The position numbers were made by a program, and so were the translations under genes. DNA of 64,000 nt. Origin: Vicugna vicugna (taxonomy: Eukaryota). Below, piece by piece: positions 38,286 through 52,000 of this stretch. Numbering within the stretch: the first letter of the stretch is position 1; the number at the start of each line of letters is the position of its first letter. A model generated the notes under the pieces. That model ran no database searches, was not told where the DNA came from, and saw only the letters and a list, made by a program, of their open reading frames with translations. The stretch is from the NCBI GenBank assembly GCA_013265495.1, contig MU058531.1, forward strand, positions 3,410,911 to 3,474,910. The letters run 5' to 3'.

Positions 38286-38799
38286 ACAAGCAATGATATT
38301 TTAAAATTTTTATTTTAATGATACTAAAAATGAGGTCTTTGTATTACTGTAATTTGCATTCTTTCATAACTAGTGAAGGGTACAGTGTTTATACTGTCTG
38401 TCCTCTTGGATGAATTGTCTTCCCTTTTTTTGCCCATTTGCTAGCCTCTCAAATCACAGATGAAGTCAGTACAGTCTGGGAAGTTTCAGGACCTGTCCAA
38501 GGTCACACAGCTAATTACTGGAAGGGCCAAGGCCAGAACTTCCCCACAGGCTCTCTTTGACCTTCTGCCCTGCTGCCCCGGGTTGAGCGCCCAGGGCCCC
38601 ATCCTGCCACCTCAGAGGAAGATACTCGAACCCCTACTCACTCCGAGGCTGTAGAGGGCGGAGAAAGAACAGGACAGGCAGCTCCTTGACTAAAGCAGCC
38701 CGACATGAAATCCTTCCCACAGAGAGCCCTGGAATCTCTTCTCATGAATAATGGGTAACACGCAGACACACTTTTAAATAGCTGGTTTGTTTTGAAATT

Positions 38800-38848
38800 A
38801 AAAGAAGAAGGAGGAGGAGGAGGAGAAGAAAAAAAAGAAGAAGAAAAA
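38800..38848. repeat. Pure-purine (GAA/GGA) tract
   Basis: aaaagaagaaggaggaggaggaggagaagaaaaaaaagaagaagaaaaa. Confidence 0.85.
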
Positions 38849-40923
38849 CAGTGGAGGAGGCAGATAGCATGTTTTAAAAGAGTTCTCACTGGAGATTTTA
38901 AAAGCAAATATGAAAACCAGCTAATCAAGTGCCCATCACAATCCAAAGATGAATACACTTAAGGTGTCACTGGGGCTCTTGGGGACAAGAATAGCTATTC
39001 TTGTGAAATCTGGTATTTAAAGAGCACTGACTGGTTTAAAGAGTCAGGCATCATGCTCAATGCTTCCTGAGTATTCTCATTTATTCTCAGAAGCACCTGA
39101 TACGATAGATACTGTTCCTATCATTGTCGCCACTTCATAGATAGGCACACTGACACCCTCAATCACTCACACACCAGAACAGCTAAGAATAAAATGGGTT
39201 CAAATAACTCAAGCAAAAGCAAACATTTGCTTGAAATTACAGACTCTGAAGCTGGTGGGCATCATGCCAAGACGTTCTAATTTCATCTCTACCAACAAAC
39301 TCGTATCTTCTTTTTAAAGAGGAGAGTCATTTTGATTTCTAACTCAAAAGAAAGAGTCCTAGCAGGAGGTTTTCAATGTAAATTCCTCCCAGCCCTTCCT
39401 AAGTAAAATGAAGAACAGCTGATCCTTGTCTTATCTAATGTGTGGCTTTCTATGGTACTTTTATGAGAGTAGGATGAGCAGAGAGAACGTAACCTTTAAG
39501 AGAATTCACTGTGCAACTGCTCTCAGCTGCCTTGTGTTGCCTCTAGCAACTAAGATTTATTTTATAAACACATCTATAGTGCTTACTGTACAGCAGGCAC
39601 CATTCAAAACAACGTAGGAACAGTAACATCTCATCCCAACCCTACTGGGGGAAACTGAGGCAGGAAAGAGCTTAGTAGTCATTTACCCGAAGTCCTTTAG
39701 CTGGGATCAAGGCTCAGGCAGCCTGGTTTTGGTGCCTGTTAATCTTGGGCAATAGAAAGTTACAGTTTCTTCTGACTTAGAGTTGATTATCCTCATGCAA
39801 GGCTTTTCTCACACGGAGAGTAAGCCTGAAGTTCATGCATTCCATGACCCTGGAGGGAAAAAAAGAACCAAACTCCAACAAGCAATGGGAAATGAGTCAG
39901 AGTCTGTTTATTTTGGTGATTTGTTTTGTGAAAGCAATGTGTTCAATGAATGAACAAATGAAACAAGGGCTTTTTGCAGCTTCTGCTTTGCCACTCTGAT
40001 TTCGGTAATTTGAAATCTTCTTTTTCTCTTCTAAGCCATCTAATTGAAATACACACAACTTCGGATATTACGATTTATAATTGGCCTTTAGCCCCTGCCT
40101 GCATCTGGCACAGTGGACTCAACCACATCTCACCCCTTGTGCATATGACCTCTTACTCTAAAAATAAAGGCCAGATGAATGCTTATATTCTTTATAGAAC
40201 AGATGATGGTTTTACTGGACGAGTGTGGTTTATACTTTAGAACAGCTGCACATATGGAAGGAAATTATTTGAGTAACCGGTTTTCAGACCTTGATGCATA
40301 CATTTGGCTTAAAATTCAATAAGCACTTTCTCAAAAACGAGATGAATGTAAACAGTCTTCTCATGCATTATCCTGCACATCTGAATCCTGTGTTTTAATG
40401 GTTGCGCCTTTGACTCTGGTGTATAGTACACTGGCAATAGGAAAGGAAGTCCTATTCATTTGCTTCTTTGACATGAAAACTACAGAATGTTAGACTCAAC
40501 AGGGGCCCTAGAGATCATCAAGGGGTACCCTCTCACTTTATATGTGAGGATTCTGAGACCCGGGAAGTTTCATTCTCCAGGGTGATGGTGCTAAATGTGG
40601 GCTAGAACCGGATCTACTCACTTGCAGGCCAAGTGAGTTGACCGAAGCTGGGGTGAACTCTAAAAAGCTGGTGTTGAGAGGTTCTCCAGCCCACCACAGC
40701 TCTCTGGCTGGCACCTCCAGCCCCAGCCACCTTCCCAGTACTAGGGATTGTCTGTCTGTTCCCTCGGGCCTTAGACACCGCTTCTGGGCTTCAAGCCTGG
40801 AGTCTTCCCACCGTCCGGCCCTCATCACCCGAACAAATGTAATGGCCTCCTGACTGACAGCCCCAGCCTTCCTGATCATCTCCCCCAGACACACACAAAA
40901 CACTTTTAAGACACATAACTATC

Positions 40924-41578
40924 CTGTGGGAAAGAGTATGGAGATTCCTCAAAATAGACTTACCATATGACCCAGTAATCCTGCTCCTGGGCTTATATCC
41001 ATAAGGAAGCCTGCTTCAAAAAGACACCTGCGCCCCAATGTTCATAGCAGCACTATTTACAATAGCCAAGACATGGAAACAGCCTAAATGTTCATCGACA
41101 GATGACTGGATAAAGAAGCTGTGGTATAGTTATACAATGGAATACTATTCAGCCATAAAACATGACAACATAACGCCATTTGCAGCAACATGGATGTCCC
41201 TGGAGAATATCATTCTAAGTGAAGTAAGCCAGGAAGAGAANNNNNNNNNNNNNNNNNNNNNNNNNNNNNNNNNNNNNNNNNNNNNNNNNNNNNNNNNNNN
41301 NNNNNNNNNNNNNNNNNNNNNNNNNNNNNNNNNNNNNNNNNNNNNNNNNNNNNNNNNNNNNNNNNNNNNNNNNNNNNNNNNNNNNNNNNNNNNNNNNNNN
41401 NNNNNNNNNNNNNNNNNNNNNNNAAAATATACAAGATCTTGTAGTAGCTCACAGTGAAAAAAAATGTGACAATGAATATATGTATGTTCATCTATAACTG
41501 AAAAATTGTGCTGTACACTGGAATTTGATGCAACATTGTAAAATGACTATAACTCAATGAAAAAATGTTTAAAAAAAA
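40924..41578 (+). mobile_element. Camelid-type L1, 5'-truncated, spanning the assembly gap
   Basis: ORF 41038 reads [27 protein letters not shown], the ORF2p C-terminus; poly(A) follows. Perfect 16-bp TSD aagacacataactatc at 40908-40923 and 41579-41594, at a TTTT/AA site. Confidence 0.96.
41241..41423. other. Assembly gap (183 N)
   Basis: Run of N characters. Confidence 1.
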
Positions 41579-41869
41579 AAGACACATAACTATCATACCC
41601 AAAAGGCCTATCTTGATTACATCAGAACTTTTCCAAATTGTCTGTTTCATTCACTGATGTATCTCAATCACCTAGAATGCTATCTGGCACATAAAAGTCA
41701 CGCAATAAATATGTGTTCAATGAATAAATGTCTCCTCGGTTCCTACTGAATAAATTAATTCTCCCTCCTTAACCTAGTATTCAAGGCCCTTTATCATCTG
41801 ACACTAATCTTTTCCAATCTTCCCCCATCTACCCTCTGATAATTAAAAATAAAAGATACTCTTTTTTTA

Positions 41870-42112
41870 GGCTAACAATTTATGGAGTGCTCACTCTATG
41901 CCAGGCCTTTTCTGACCTCTTTATGTGTATTAGCTTATTTAATTGGCACAACAACCCTATAAGGTTAGTACTGTCATTATTGCCATTTTACAGATGAGGA
42001 AACTGAGTCATAGAGAGGAGAAATCACCCATCTCTTCTAGGATGAGGCAGAGCTGGGATTCAAACTTGGGTAGTGTGGCTTCACCGCCCATGCACATAAC
42101 CACTGTACTATA
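41870..42112 (-). mobile_element. MIR
   Basis: gctaacaatttatggagtgctcactctatgccaggc...ccattttacagatgaggaaactgag...gagctgggattcaaac. Confidence 0.92.
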
Positions 42113-42134
42113 GCTAGCTTTCCTGTTTAATCTA

Positions 42135-42305
42135 CTTTTTTTTAGTGAAGTATAGTCAGTTTACAATGTTGTATCAATTCCTGGTGTACAGCATAATGCT
42201 TCAGTCATACATGAACATACGTATATTCCTCTTCATATTCTTTTTCACCATAGGTTACTACAAGATATTAAATATAGTACCCTCTGCTATACAGCATGAA
42301 CTTGT
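42135..42305 (-). mobile_element. Camelid L1 3'-end fragment
   Basis: gaagtatagtcagtttacaatgttgtatcaattcctggtgtacagcataatgcttcagtcatac... Confidence 0.88.
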
Positions 42306-42329
42306 TTATACTTTTAGAAATTCCAACAA

Positions 42330-42830
42330 TCTAGAAATACCTAAAGTAAAAAGTGACAACTGTCCTCCTCTCCAGAAAATTGAGATAATCCACATGTATC
42401 TTCCCGGATGGCTTTCTTATGTTTCCATGAATATTCATTTAACGTTAAAACTAAAAATGGCTCATATTACACATATTATAACTTGCCTTTTTCATTTACT
42501 GTGCTTTGAGATCTTGTCAGGTTAGTACATAAATTGCTGCCTCACTGTTTTCACCTGTTGCCTACTATTCCATTGTGTGGATACACTCTAATTTATTTAA
42601 TCAGTCACTGCTCATGAACTTCCTAAGGGATCACTTCCTGCTGGAATCAACATCACTGTACATCTTATCTGTGCGATGTTAATAATTCTCTAAGTTTAGA
42701 TTCCTAAAACCGTGATTGCTGAATCTTAGGGTGTGTACATTTAAAACTGTGATGGATATTGGTAAATGGTCCTCTTGAAAAGTTGTGCCAGTTTATCCTC
42801 CTGCCAAAAGTGTCTTGAAGCTCCCCCGGA
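42330..42830 (-). mobile_element. Old L1ME-like relic
   Basis: aacttgcctttttcattt...ctattccattgtgtggatac...gattgctgaatcttagggtgtgtacatttaaaac. Confidence 0.65.
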
Positions 42831-43809
42831 TTTTCTTTCCCTCCATGTACAAGTTCAGGAAGTGGGCACTCTCTTTCTTCCTAACAGTTCCATCCTTGCT
42901 GAGAACTCCTTTGCCTCTCATGCGTCTCTTTCTGCTGAAGAAAGTTATTTCTTTCCACGTTGCTTGGCTATAATGATATCCCCCCTGCTGCCTCGCTCCT
43001 CCCTTGCATGGGCTGTCTCTGTCCTTTGTCTCTATCTGTCTCTTTCTCTGCCTCCCTCCGTTATGCAACAACGTAGTAGAGATGCTCATTCAGGCCAAGG
43101 TTTCTTTGTTACAATTTTCCTATTAAGGGAACTTGGAGGCGACTTAGAAAAGAGTGAGCTCTGTGTTCCTGGCTGTGATGACAGGTCACATGGTGCCAGT
43201 TGGGGTTGATGCTTGAGGTCTTGCATTATCACTGTGTAGGTGGAGATGTCCCCGCCATCTTGCCCAACTTTATTTGGAGCAAAACAATGACTGTGATTAA
43301 GAAAGGAACAAAGGGCTACAATGGAAGCAAAACTAGAGAAGAGACTTTTAAATGATGAAGGAGATAGAAAAGGAAGGTTGGAGGCACGATGCTTGAACCC
43401 CACGCCCCACCTTTATGCCACCTGGCTTGCTTGGTGCTTTACACATTATTGCATTTAATCCTCCAGTGAGAAAAGACTAAACAGATCAGGAATGGTCTAT
43501 CTGGAAAGAGGAGGAAGATGTGAACAAAGTTTCTAAAATCATAAATAGACTTCCTAGTGTAACTGCTAGGAAGAAGAGAAGATAGCCTTTGAAGCTGGAG
43601 CAGAATGAGCCTAGGATAAGAGGAAGGTGCTTCTGAAAGGGGCCAAGTAAGTAGTGGACCCTGTAGCCGCAAGTGTGGTGCAGATGGAAAAAAAGGATTT
43701 TTTAAAAAGGCTTGTAAAAACTACATGGTAATGGATTGCTACTGGATTTCTAAAGAAAGTTAGAATGTTTGGAGTCCTTCCCATTCCTGTTGATGTCAAG
43801 GGCTGCAAC

Positions 43810-44006
43810 TGTGCATTCAGCCCCAGTGTCTGTGATAGTATTGAGATTGAGGGGAGGTGTAAGGAGGGCCTTCTGGGCTCCCTTCATCTCTCTTTAAACC
43901 AGAATCTCTCTACTTCTTATCTTTTGTAAATTCTGGGCTTCTACATGAGATTTCTCTTGAGAAATCTTTTGTGTTATTATTATTTTTTTTAATTCAGAAT
44001 CACTGC
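43810..44006. mobile_element. MER103-like (hAT-Charlie)
   Basis: tttaaaccagaatctctctacttcttatcttttgtaaattctgggcttctacatgagatttc...gaatcactg. Confidence 0.6.
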
Positions 44007-44459
44007 ATTAGTTGTTTGACTTCACTGTTGGAGATGAGCCCTGGGTTGAATGGACTGTGAGGCTGACCCACCAAGGCAGACTTTACCTTGGACCAATGCT
44101 CCCCTGCTGCTTCTCTCCACAGCACAGGCCAGGGCCTGCTGGCCTCCTAGTCCATTCCTGACCCCAGTCATGGAGGACAGCAGGGAAGAGAGGGCGCGTA
44201 CAGCCACAAGGACTGTTCCCTGTGACTGGAGGAACCATCACAGTCCATTTGTAAGACATCCTGGCTTCCCACCCGCTCTGCCCCAGGCAAGGTTGAGCTC
44301 TTCTGCAGTCACAGTGCCTCCAGGAGCCTCACCTGCTGTTTGCCCATGGGGAAGAGTCAGAGACCCCCAGCCTCAGCCTCAGCCTGGCTCACAGGTTCTT
44401 ACCTCCTCTGTGCTGCCTCTGAGCTCCTTATTTAACTCCTACTCTTGCCTGATCTTTCC

Positions 44460-44680
44460 CTTGGGCTCTGAGTCAGAAGACAGGGGTTCAAATTTCAGCT
44501 TGGCCATTTTGCAGCTGTAAGATTTTATATTCCTCTGAACCTCTCTCTAAGCCTGTCTCATGTATGTTTCTGTAGTCACTCTTACCGGGCGGTTATGAGG
44601 ACTGACTAAGATAATACAAGTAAAGCACTTAGCCAAGTGAGGTAAGCCCTCAAATGGCAATGTCAGCGGTCATTGTTGCT
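44460..44680 (+). mobile_element. MIR
   Basis: gggctctgagtcagaagacaggggttcaaatttcagct...gttatgaggact...gtaaagcacttag. Confidence 0.8.
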
Positions 44681-46223
44681 GCTGATGTATGTTGTTTTTG
44701 TGCCCTCCCAGCCTCCCATCATTGCTGTTAATGCCCTAGTTGCTATACCCATGACTTGGAGAGAATTTGATTCCTGCCATGTTACCTGATTCTGAACCAC
44801 TATTAGATGTCTTCCTCCTTCTTTCCAGCCCCTCAGCTCGCCTGATCAACACTGACTTTTCTGTCCTTGACCATGCTTGGGTTGATATCATAGAAGACAG
44901 TACACAGTGCACAGGAGTACACAGTAACAACCCTCTCTGTACTGTAATTACACTTAGAGAAGTACACTGTATCTCCAAAAGCACCTCGCGTATACGGTTT
45001 CATATTTGATAGTCTTCCTTGTTTGAAATTGAACCCTTCAGATGTCAAAGACAAAGCCAGGGTTTGCCAGTGGCACAGGGAAGTAGAAACACTGCTGCTC
45101 TGATTCCCAGCTTCTTACCTTTCTCTGCCACCGTTGAGTTTACACATCAAGGCATATTCCTTTGCTTCATATGTATGTGTAGATTTTCCTTTGTATCTGG
45201 GAGCAGGAAGAAAGAAAGTTTAACTTCTACTTCTCGGTAGCTGTACTATAATCAGCTGCTAATATGGAGGAAAACTAGGTCTTTTGAGGGTGGGGCGGGG
45301 AAACCTTTTTATCTTTGACATATTCTTGTTTCAAAATGTTCTGAATTTAGCCCAACAGCTGTTAAGATGTTTGTCATTCCCAAAGGCCTAAATACCTGAG
45401 ATAAAGAGAAAATCCAACCAAAAAAATAAATTAAATTAAATACCTAAGCTGCTTTAATAAATAGAAAATGGCCTTATGCTTATAAGAAAGACATTCTAAA
45501 TAAAACCATTTTGCCTCTGTCACCAGCAAATCCTGCTGTCTTAAGGGCATATTAGTTATGTCTCTTTATGCCAAAAATCACAAGATCTTTCATTCTTGTT
45601 CTCATGATCCACAGAACTGCAGTGCTCCATTCAAAGTTCTGGAATGGATTTTTTTTTTCTTTTTCTTCTTTTTTTCTCTTTTTGCTGACTGCTTTGATGT
45701 TTCTCAAATGGAGACACCTTAAGTTGCAGGTTTGGAGTATGTTTTCAGACTAGCGTATAGCCAGGGTCCAAGGGAACATTTCACATGAGTTTCGATGTTA
45801 GATGGAATCCTTTGACAAATCCTGTTTGCGTTTCAAATAGTGGAAAACTGGAAACAACTAAAATTTACACGAATAAGAGAAGGTTTCATTACTCAGTGGT
45901 TTGTTCATGGGAAGAGTCTCACAATGAAAGCAATGTCTTTTAGTAGTAGGGAGAAAAGCTTGATTGTCACATTAGGCAGAAAAAACAGAAAATAAATTGT
46001 ATCTAATACAGTTTCAACTATGTTAAAATATACGGTGACAGGGGTATCATGTGTGATCTTTTGCTTTTCTTTATTTTCTAATTTTTCTATAATCAGCATG
46101 ATTTTGATAATTGGAGAAAAGAGACTTTTTTAACTGAAAACAGAAGTATCATCCTTCTTTGTTGGTAATTTTTTGTTTGGTTTGGTTTGTAGTGCTGCCA
46201 AAGGGTTCCTTCATTTTTCTAGA

Positions 46224-46413
46224 ATAGTGTTTCTCCACCTTAGCCAGGTTGGGGTTGGATAATTCTTTGTTATAAGAGCTGCCCAGGTCCTTCTAGGAGG
46301 TAGCAGCATCACTGGCCTCTACCTGTTAGATGCATATCCTCAATTGTGACAACGAAAAATATCTCCACATATTGCCAAATGTCCCCTGGGGGCAAAATGG
46401 CTGAGAACCACTG
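46224..46413 (-). mobile_element. MER20
   Basis: ggataattctttgtt...ttgtgacaacgaaaaatatctccacatattgccaaatgtcccctgggggcaaaat...gagaaccactg. Confidence 0.88.
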
Positions 46414-47788
46414 TTCTAGAACCATGTGCTGATACTTTCCCAAATTCCCACCCTTCTGTGCGGTGCATGAGAGACCAGAGAGATGAGGAAGCAGGAAAGA
46501 GAATGTCCAGAGGTTGATCCAAAGGGTTTTGGTAAGAGAGTTATGCCTGGAGCTAGTAATGCCTTAGGGCAGTGTAGTAAGGAAGAATGGACAGAGAGAG
46601 GGGGAGGAGTCCTGGAGACCCTTCCAAAGGGAGGCAGCTGCTGGGGACAGCCAGGAAGGCCGAGCTGGCGTCCATAGCACATGGTTTTCACAAAGAGATC
46701 ATGGCAGCTGGCAGTCCACGGGCCACGTGGATCAGTGAGACCCACCAAGAGGTAGCAGTGCACACTTGTGCACAGTGATGGAGAAATCTAGGAATTCATT
46801 CATTCATGAAACACTTCTTTGCCAGAGAGGTGTTTGGCATCAGAAAGGTGTGGTGATAGGTAGCAGGATTTATTCCAGCTGCAGGTGGGATTCAGGGAGA
46901 GAACTTCAGCCCTTTGCAGGCAGAGGTGAAGTGAGGAGGGAGTCTGGCAAGCAGCGAGGCTCAGAAGGACTGAGTTCCCAGCAGTTCTGGTCACAGGAAG
47001 GAGGCAGAAGCAGCCTGAGTTGGAAATGAAAGCAGATGCACTTAACTAGACATTGTGGAGGTTGCACCAAAGCATTAAAGCTCATTAAGTCCCTCCTGAC
47101 TTGGAACAATACTGTCCCCCTACCCTGGGGCAGCACAGAGGTTGCAGGTAGAAGGAGCAGAGCCTCAGATGCAAAGAGGTGGAGGAATGGGCGACAGCCC
47201 CGAGGGCACTGCCGAGGCGGAAGTGAGGCTGGGCAGGGTCAGTTCTGGACTGAGACGTTTATTCTGGGTCCTGTAAGCAGGGGAAGAGATGGCGCCAGCT
47301 TTCCTATAGGAAAGATCGCTAGACGTGGATCAAAGAATGTGCACTTTTGGAATTTTGATAGGTAATGCTAAATTACCTTCCACAATGACAGTATAATAAT
47401 CAAACTGGTAAAATATAACTGTGGCATTTTATGGTGTTTGAATAGCAAATTTATTATTTTAAAGGTTTATAGGGGTTTATAGCTGTTGCAGCTTTGCTTT
47501 TGAGACCTGTTGTTGATCACATCTCTGATTTATATGATGTCTAGTCAGGAACACAGTCCCTAATCATAAAATATTTCCTTTGGGAAAATGTAACTTGCTT
47601 TATGACAATCTGCTTTATGACATACTTTCCAGAAAAAAATGTGTGGCAAAAAGTGAAGGTTGTCTATAAAGCTGGTGTTTGTTTGATCTGCTTGTGAATT
47701 GTCATGGCTTCGTCTTCCTTAATGGCTAATTTATTTTCCATTCTGCACTAAAAATATCTATTTAATAAAGCTCAAAATGTTCTTTTTT

Positions 47789-47884
47789 ATTATTATTATT
47801 TTTTAATGGAGGTACTGGGGATTGAACCCAGGACCTCATGCATGCTAAGCATGCACTCTACCGCTGAGCCACTACCCTCCCCCC
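47789..47884 (-). mobile_element. tRNA-Ala-derived camelid SINE (Vic-1 type)
   Basis: ggaggtactggggattgaacccaggacctcatgcatgctaagcatgcactctaccgctgagc; TSD aaatgttctttttt at 47775-47788 and 47889-47902. Confidence 0.92.
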
Positions 47885-48264
47885 ATTGAAATGTTCTTTT
47901 TTAAAAGTGTGTGAAGCACAAGAAAGATGCACAGGTGGGTTAGTAAATGGTGGGTTAGATTGAGTATTTTCTGTATCTTCTATATCATGAAATATAAGCA
48001 TTCAGTTGGTTTGAATGATACGAAATTTCCATTTTATAGCTGAAAAGAGTCAAAGATCAGCAGTTTCATATGGTTCAGTCTAATACTAATGTTGGCTATA
48101 AAGAAAATATTTGTGAAATGAATATTCTGTTCTTTATTGCTTTCTTTAAAATTCAGATTCATTTCCCTGAAGACAGGGTTGAAAAGTGGGGCTGTGTATC
48201 ATTCTGGGCATGGCTGGAATTCAACAAATTATTCTCGCTTAGAATGGTTGTTTCCATTGGAACG

Positions 48265-48458
48265 AGAGTTTTCAACCCTGGCTGTTCATAGAATCATACT
48301 TAAAGTTGGGAAATGTTTCAAAGATACTGATGGGCCCCACACCAGACTGATAAATTCGAATCCTGGAGGAGAGAGTGGGGAGGGGCAGACCTCAGGCCTT
48401 AGCTCTCTTTGTTCCCCAGATGACACTAAGGCACATCCAGGTTTGAGAACCACTGCAC
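48265..48458. mobile_element. MER5-like
   Basis: gttttcaaccctggctgttcatagaatcat...gggccccacaccagac...caggtttgagaaccactg. Confidence 0.8.
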
Positions 48459-48768
48459 TAGACTTGCACTCTGGGGAGACTCAGCAGAGCTTTTCTATGC
48501 CTTAGAAAAACAAAAACACAACACCACTACTCCTGATTTATTTCCCAAACTTGCTTTGGACCAACAAGGTCCAAAGGTGAAATGGGGAGGGAAAAAGTGC
48601 TTAACTAAGTCAAACCCGTGTTTTGATTCATTCAGCTTTTGGTTTTCATTCAACAGAACATTTATTGGGTGCCTACTAAGGGCTTAGTCCTGTGCCTAAG
48701 TATTTTGGGAAAATAGCTTAATGATGAGTGAAAGAAGCAGTTTTGCCCCTTAAAAAAAAAGGGGGGGG

Positions 48769-49010
48769 TTCTATGAAATGTTCAGATTAAGCGAATCTAT
48801 AGAGAGAAAAGTAGGTAAGTGTTTGCCGAGGCCTGAGGAGTTGGGGGGAAATGGGGAGTGACTGGTAATGGGTATGGGGCTTCTTTGGGGGTAATGAAAA
48901 TATTCTAAAATTAGAGAGTGGTGATGATTATACAACTCTGTGAATACCATTGATAGTACACTTCAAATGGGTGAATTCTCTCTCAATAAAGCTGCTATTT
49001 AAAAAAAAAT
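48769..49010 (+). mobile_element. L1MB-like 3' end
   Basis: ggggagtgactggtaatgggtatggggcttctttgggggtaatgaaaatattctaaaattagagagtggtgatg...tctcaataaagctg. Confidence 0.85.
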
Positions 49011-52000
49011 TTTTTTTACCAACCACAGCTATGCTTTGCTGGAAAGACCTAACACTGGAGGAAGAAACTTTGCTGTCCAGCTCCCACCCCACCCCCCACC
49101 ATTCCTTTCAAAATTGACAGCTTAAAATGGGGACTGTAACTGAGAGCAAAATAAAGCAAATCCTGCTTGAAGACATTTAGTTCTGACCTGTATTCCAGAT
49201 AGCACCTGAGCGTTCTGGGGGAGGAGGGGTTAGAAACCAGGCAGGAGTCCTGGCACGTCTAGTGGGTGAGAAGAAGACAAGGACTTGCACAGACCTCGCT
49301 GAGCCCCAGGCACTGCTCTCTGTGCTTCACGGACAGAAGTTCATTTACTCACCATGCAGTTACCCCCATTTTACACAGTGAAACTGAGGGACAGAGAAGG
49401 TAACTGTCCCACGGTCGGGCAGTTATTTCTAAGCAGTGACACTGACTGCCTTAAGGAGTGGGTAGGATGCTGATAGGAACGTGAAGACAGAGGCACAGGG
49501 GACCGGAGGGCGGGAAGACTAGGGTGCGCTGAGCGGATGGACAGTAAGCAGCTTAGGTGGCAGGAGCAGTGGGTTCGGGTAAGGTAATAATGGAGGACAA
49601 CTCTAGAAGGGTGGACAGGGAGAGGTCATTGAGGAGCTCTCATGACCATGCTAAGGCATCAGAATGCAGGCGGTGGGCGCCTCTGAAGATCACTGAATCA
49701 AAGCAAGGCTTAAGGCCATGTTGCACCTTCTCGGTGCACAGATGCGTGTGTGTCCAAGTGGGTGTCTCTCTGGGTCTATTTAAAAATAGGTACAAGTGTA
49801 TTGTCTGTCGCACCACCCTGTCGCTGGCATCTCCTCTGGTGTGTGGAGGGGCACACCGCAGGACCTGTCAGCCCACCTGGCCCTGTGATGGCCACTGGGA
49901 AATAGCCACCAAAACAGAAGTCGCAGTGACCTGGGGGAACTGAAAGCCCCCGTAGGACCTACCTTAGAACGGTAGACTCTTGGCTGTGATAGCAAAGTCC
50001 CAGCCCAGGGGGCTCCCCAAGCCCAGTGTTCAGGACATTTGGTGTCAGGCCTCCTGGACTGAAAGGCAGACTCTCCAAAGGGGAAGGAAAGGCCTGTTGC
50101 TTGTTGGGTTTCCCAGCCTGTCTCTCCCTTCTTCGGGGACCGACAGTAATGGGGCAAACATGGGCAGAGGAAGGGAGAACATCCAGCTGCTCAGGCTGCA
50201 CTTCAGGGCCAGTGGCTTTCCATCCCGTGAACACGTTCCTCTTGGCCATCCTAGCCCAGCCCTTTCCATCTCAGGGCATAGTTCCTTCACGAAGCTTCTT
50301 CCATGATCTCTCCCTGGTCTGACTTCCTGTCATGCTTAGATTTTGATACCAAGCCTCGTCTCACCTCACTCAGTTAGCTTTGCTAGTCTTAAAATCTCCA
50401 CATCACCCCAGATAATCAATATAATCACAATGCAGCTGTTCTGTCCTTGTTTCTTCATCCCCAGACCTCACAATGGGTTAATTCTGTTACGCCCCGTCCA
50501 GTCTTTTGCCCTCGTGTGATTGTAGGCGCACGGTTGCCGCTCACATTTCAGGGCAGTCGGCCTGTTCCCAACTGCCTGAACCTCTCTCTTCTCACTTATT
50601 ATCTCCTGTCTCATCCTATTAATTAACTTTCCCTATTACCTGTCCTGCCTTCCCAGCTATCCCTGACCGTGTAAGAGACACTCAATGAAACAGGGGTGAG
50701 TCATTGATTAATCACTAAGCACTTCACAGAGCAGGGATGAAGGGCAGTAACTGTTCTGGTGTCCAGGTGTCCAGGGCGAACCGCAGGTGTCTTCCAAGCC
50801 CACTCGCTTCAGACACCCTGTCCTGCTTCCCTTCCTCCCGCCCTCGCCTTCCTCTTTCCATCTCAAGCTCCAAATTTTTCTCTTTCTATGATTCTCTCCT
50901 TGCCAAATTCCTCCCCTACCCAGACACACCCCAGTTTCTAACTGCTCACGATGGAGATCTCATTTATCCTCACATTTGTTACATATATTCTATGTGTCGC
51001 TCTTGGCTTTTCTTATTTTCTATGTCTTGTGTCTGAAAATAATACTAACTATAATTTCTTTTTAAGTTTTTGTGTGTCACCTCTGACTGATTTTGAAAGT
51101 GAGGAAAGGATCTCTGGTAGGAAAAGTTTGCCAAGTCTGTCTTAATAAGTCTTAGGAATGTGTACAGGACAAAATGTGGAAGAGCAGAGGACCAAACCTG
51201 TTGGAGGGACTAATGGAAACCAGAATTAACCCAGCCAGCAGCAGCCATGCCCTCCTTGGTAACACAGAATATGTTCAATCTCCTGAAAGAGGTTGCCTTG
51301 GCTTCTCCGTGGCTGCAAGGTGGAGAGCTGACAAGGAGCAATTTGGAGGAAGAGTGTCAGAAGAAAGGAAAGAGCTTCTGATAGCATCCCTGCACCCCAG
51401 ACTCTCTAGAGTCTGTTCTCCAGAGCCTGTTCCCTCTTCATTCCCAGTGCCTCTGCCTCCTGTTTTGTAGCACATCGTGATCACTACTGGTCACAAACAA
51501 GCAAGAGTTAACAGGGTCGTCTGTGGTCTGCTCATCAGTGTGGCCCCATGCCAGGTCCCACTTCCTTCTCCTCCTATCATGAGCACAGCAAATGGAGCCC
51601 CGCTCCTCTCTGTTTCACACACATCAAGTGGATGGTTAAGCATGGCTGGGGTTCTTGTAGTGAGGGCACAAGATTTTGAGAGAAGAAAGAACACAGAGAA
51701 TGAGCTTCTCCATGAACAACAGGTGGCCTGACTTTGGGGCCATGGGTAGTAGATCCCTCCAGCTGAAGCCACATTTGCTTCTGAAGAGGAACCCACCCAC
51801 TGATGTCTGAAGAAGCTACAGAAAGGTGTAGGATTTGCACAGAGTGTGACCCCACCAAAGGCCCCTTCTTCCAGCTCAGCGCTATGTTCACATTCATGGG
51901 TCACATTCTGTTTGCTCCTTCTGGAAATGAGTGTCAGTGACCCCACCCGGCCATGGACTCATGCCATATACTGGCTGCATCCTCTTTGTTTGCCCCTGCG

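Noticed and set aside
47789..47884. SINE heads as real tRNA-Ala genes (all six copies)
   Set aside because: They have A-rich tails, TSDs, divergent acceptor stems and dispersed diverged copies, which identifies them as retroposed SINEs.
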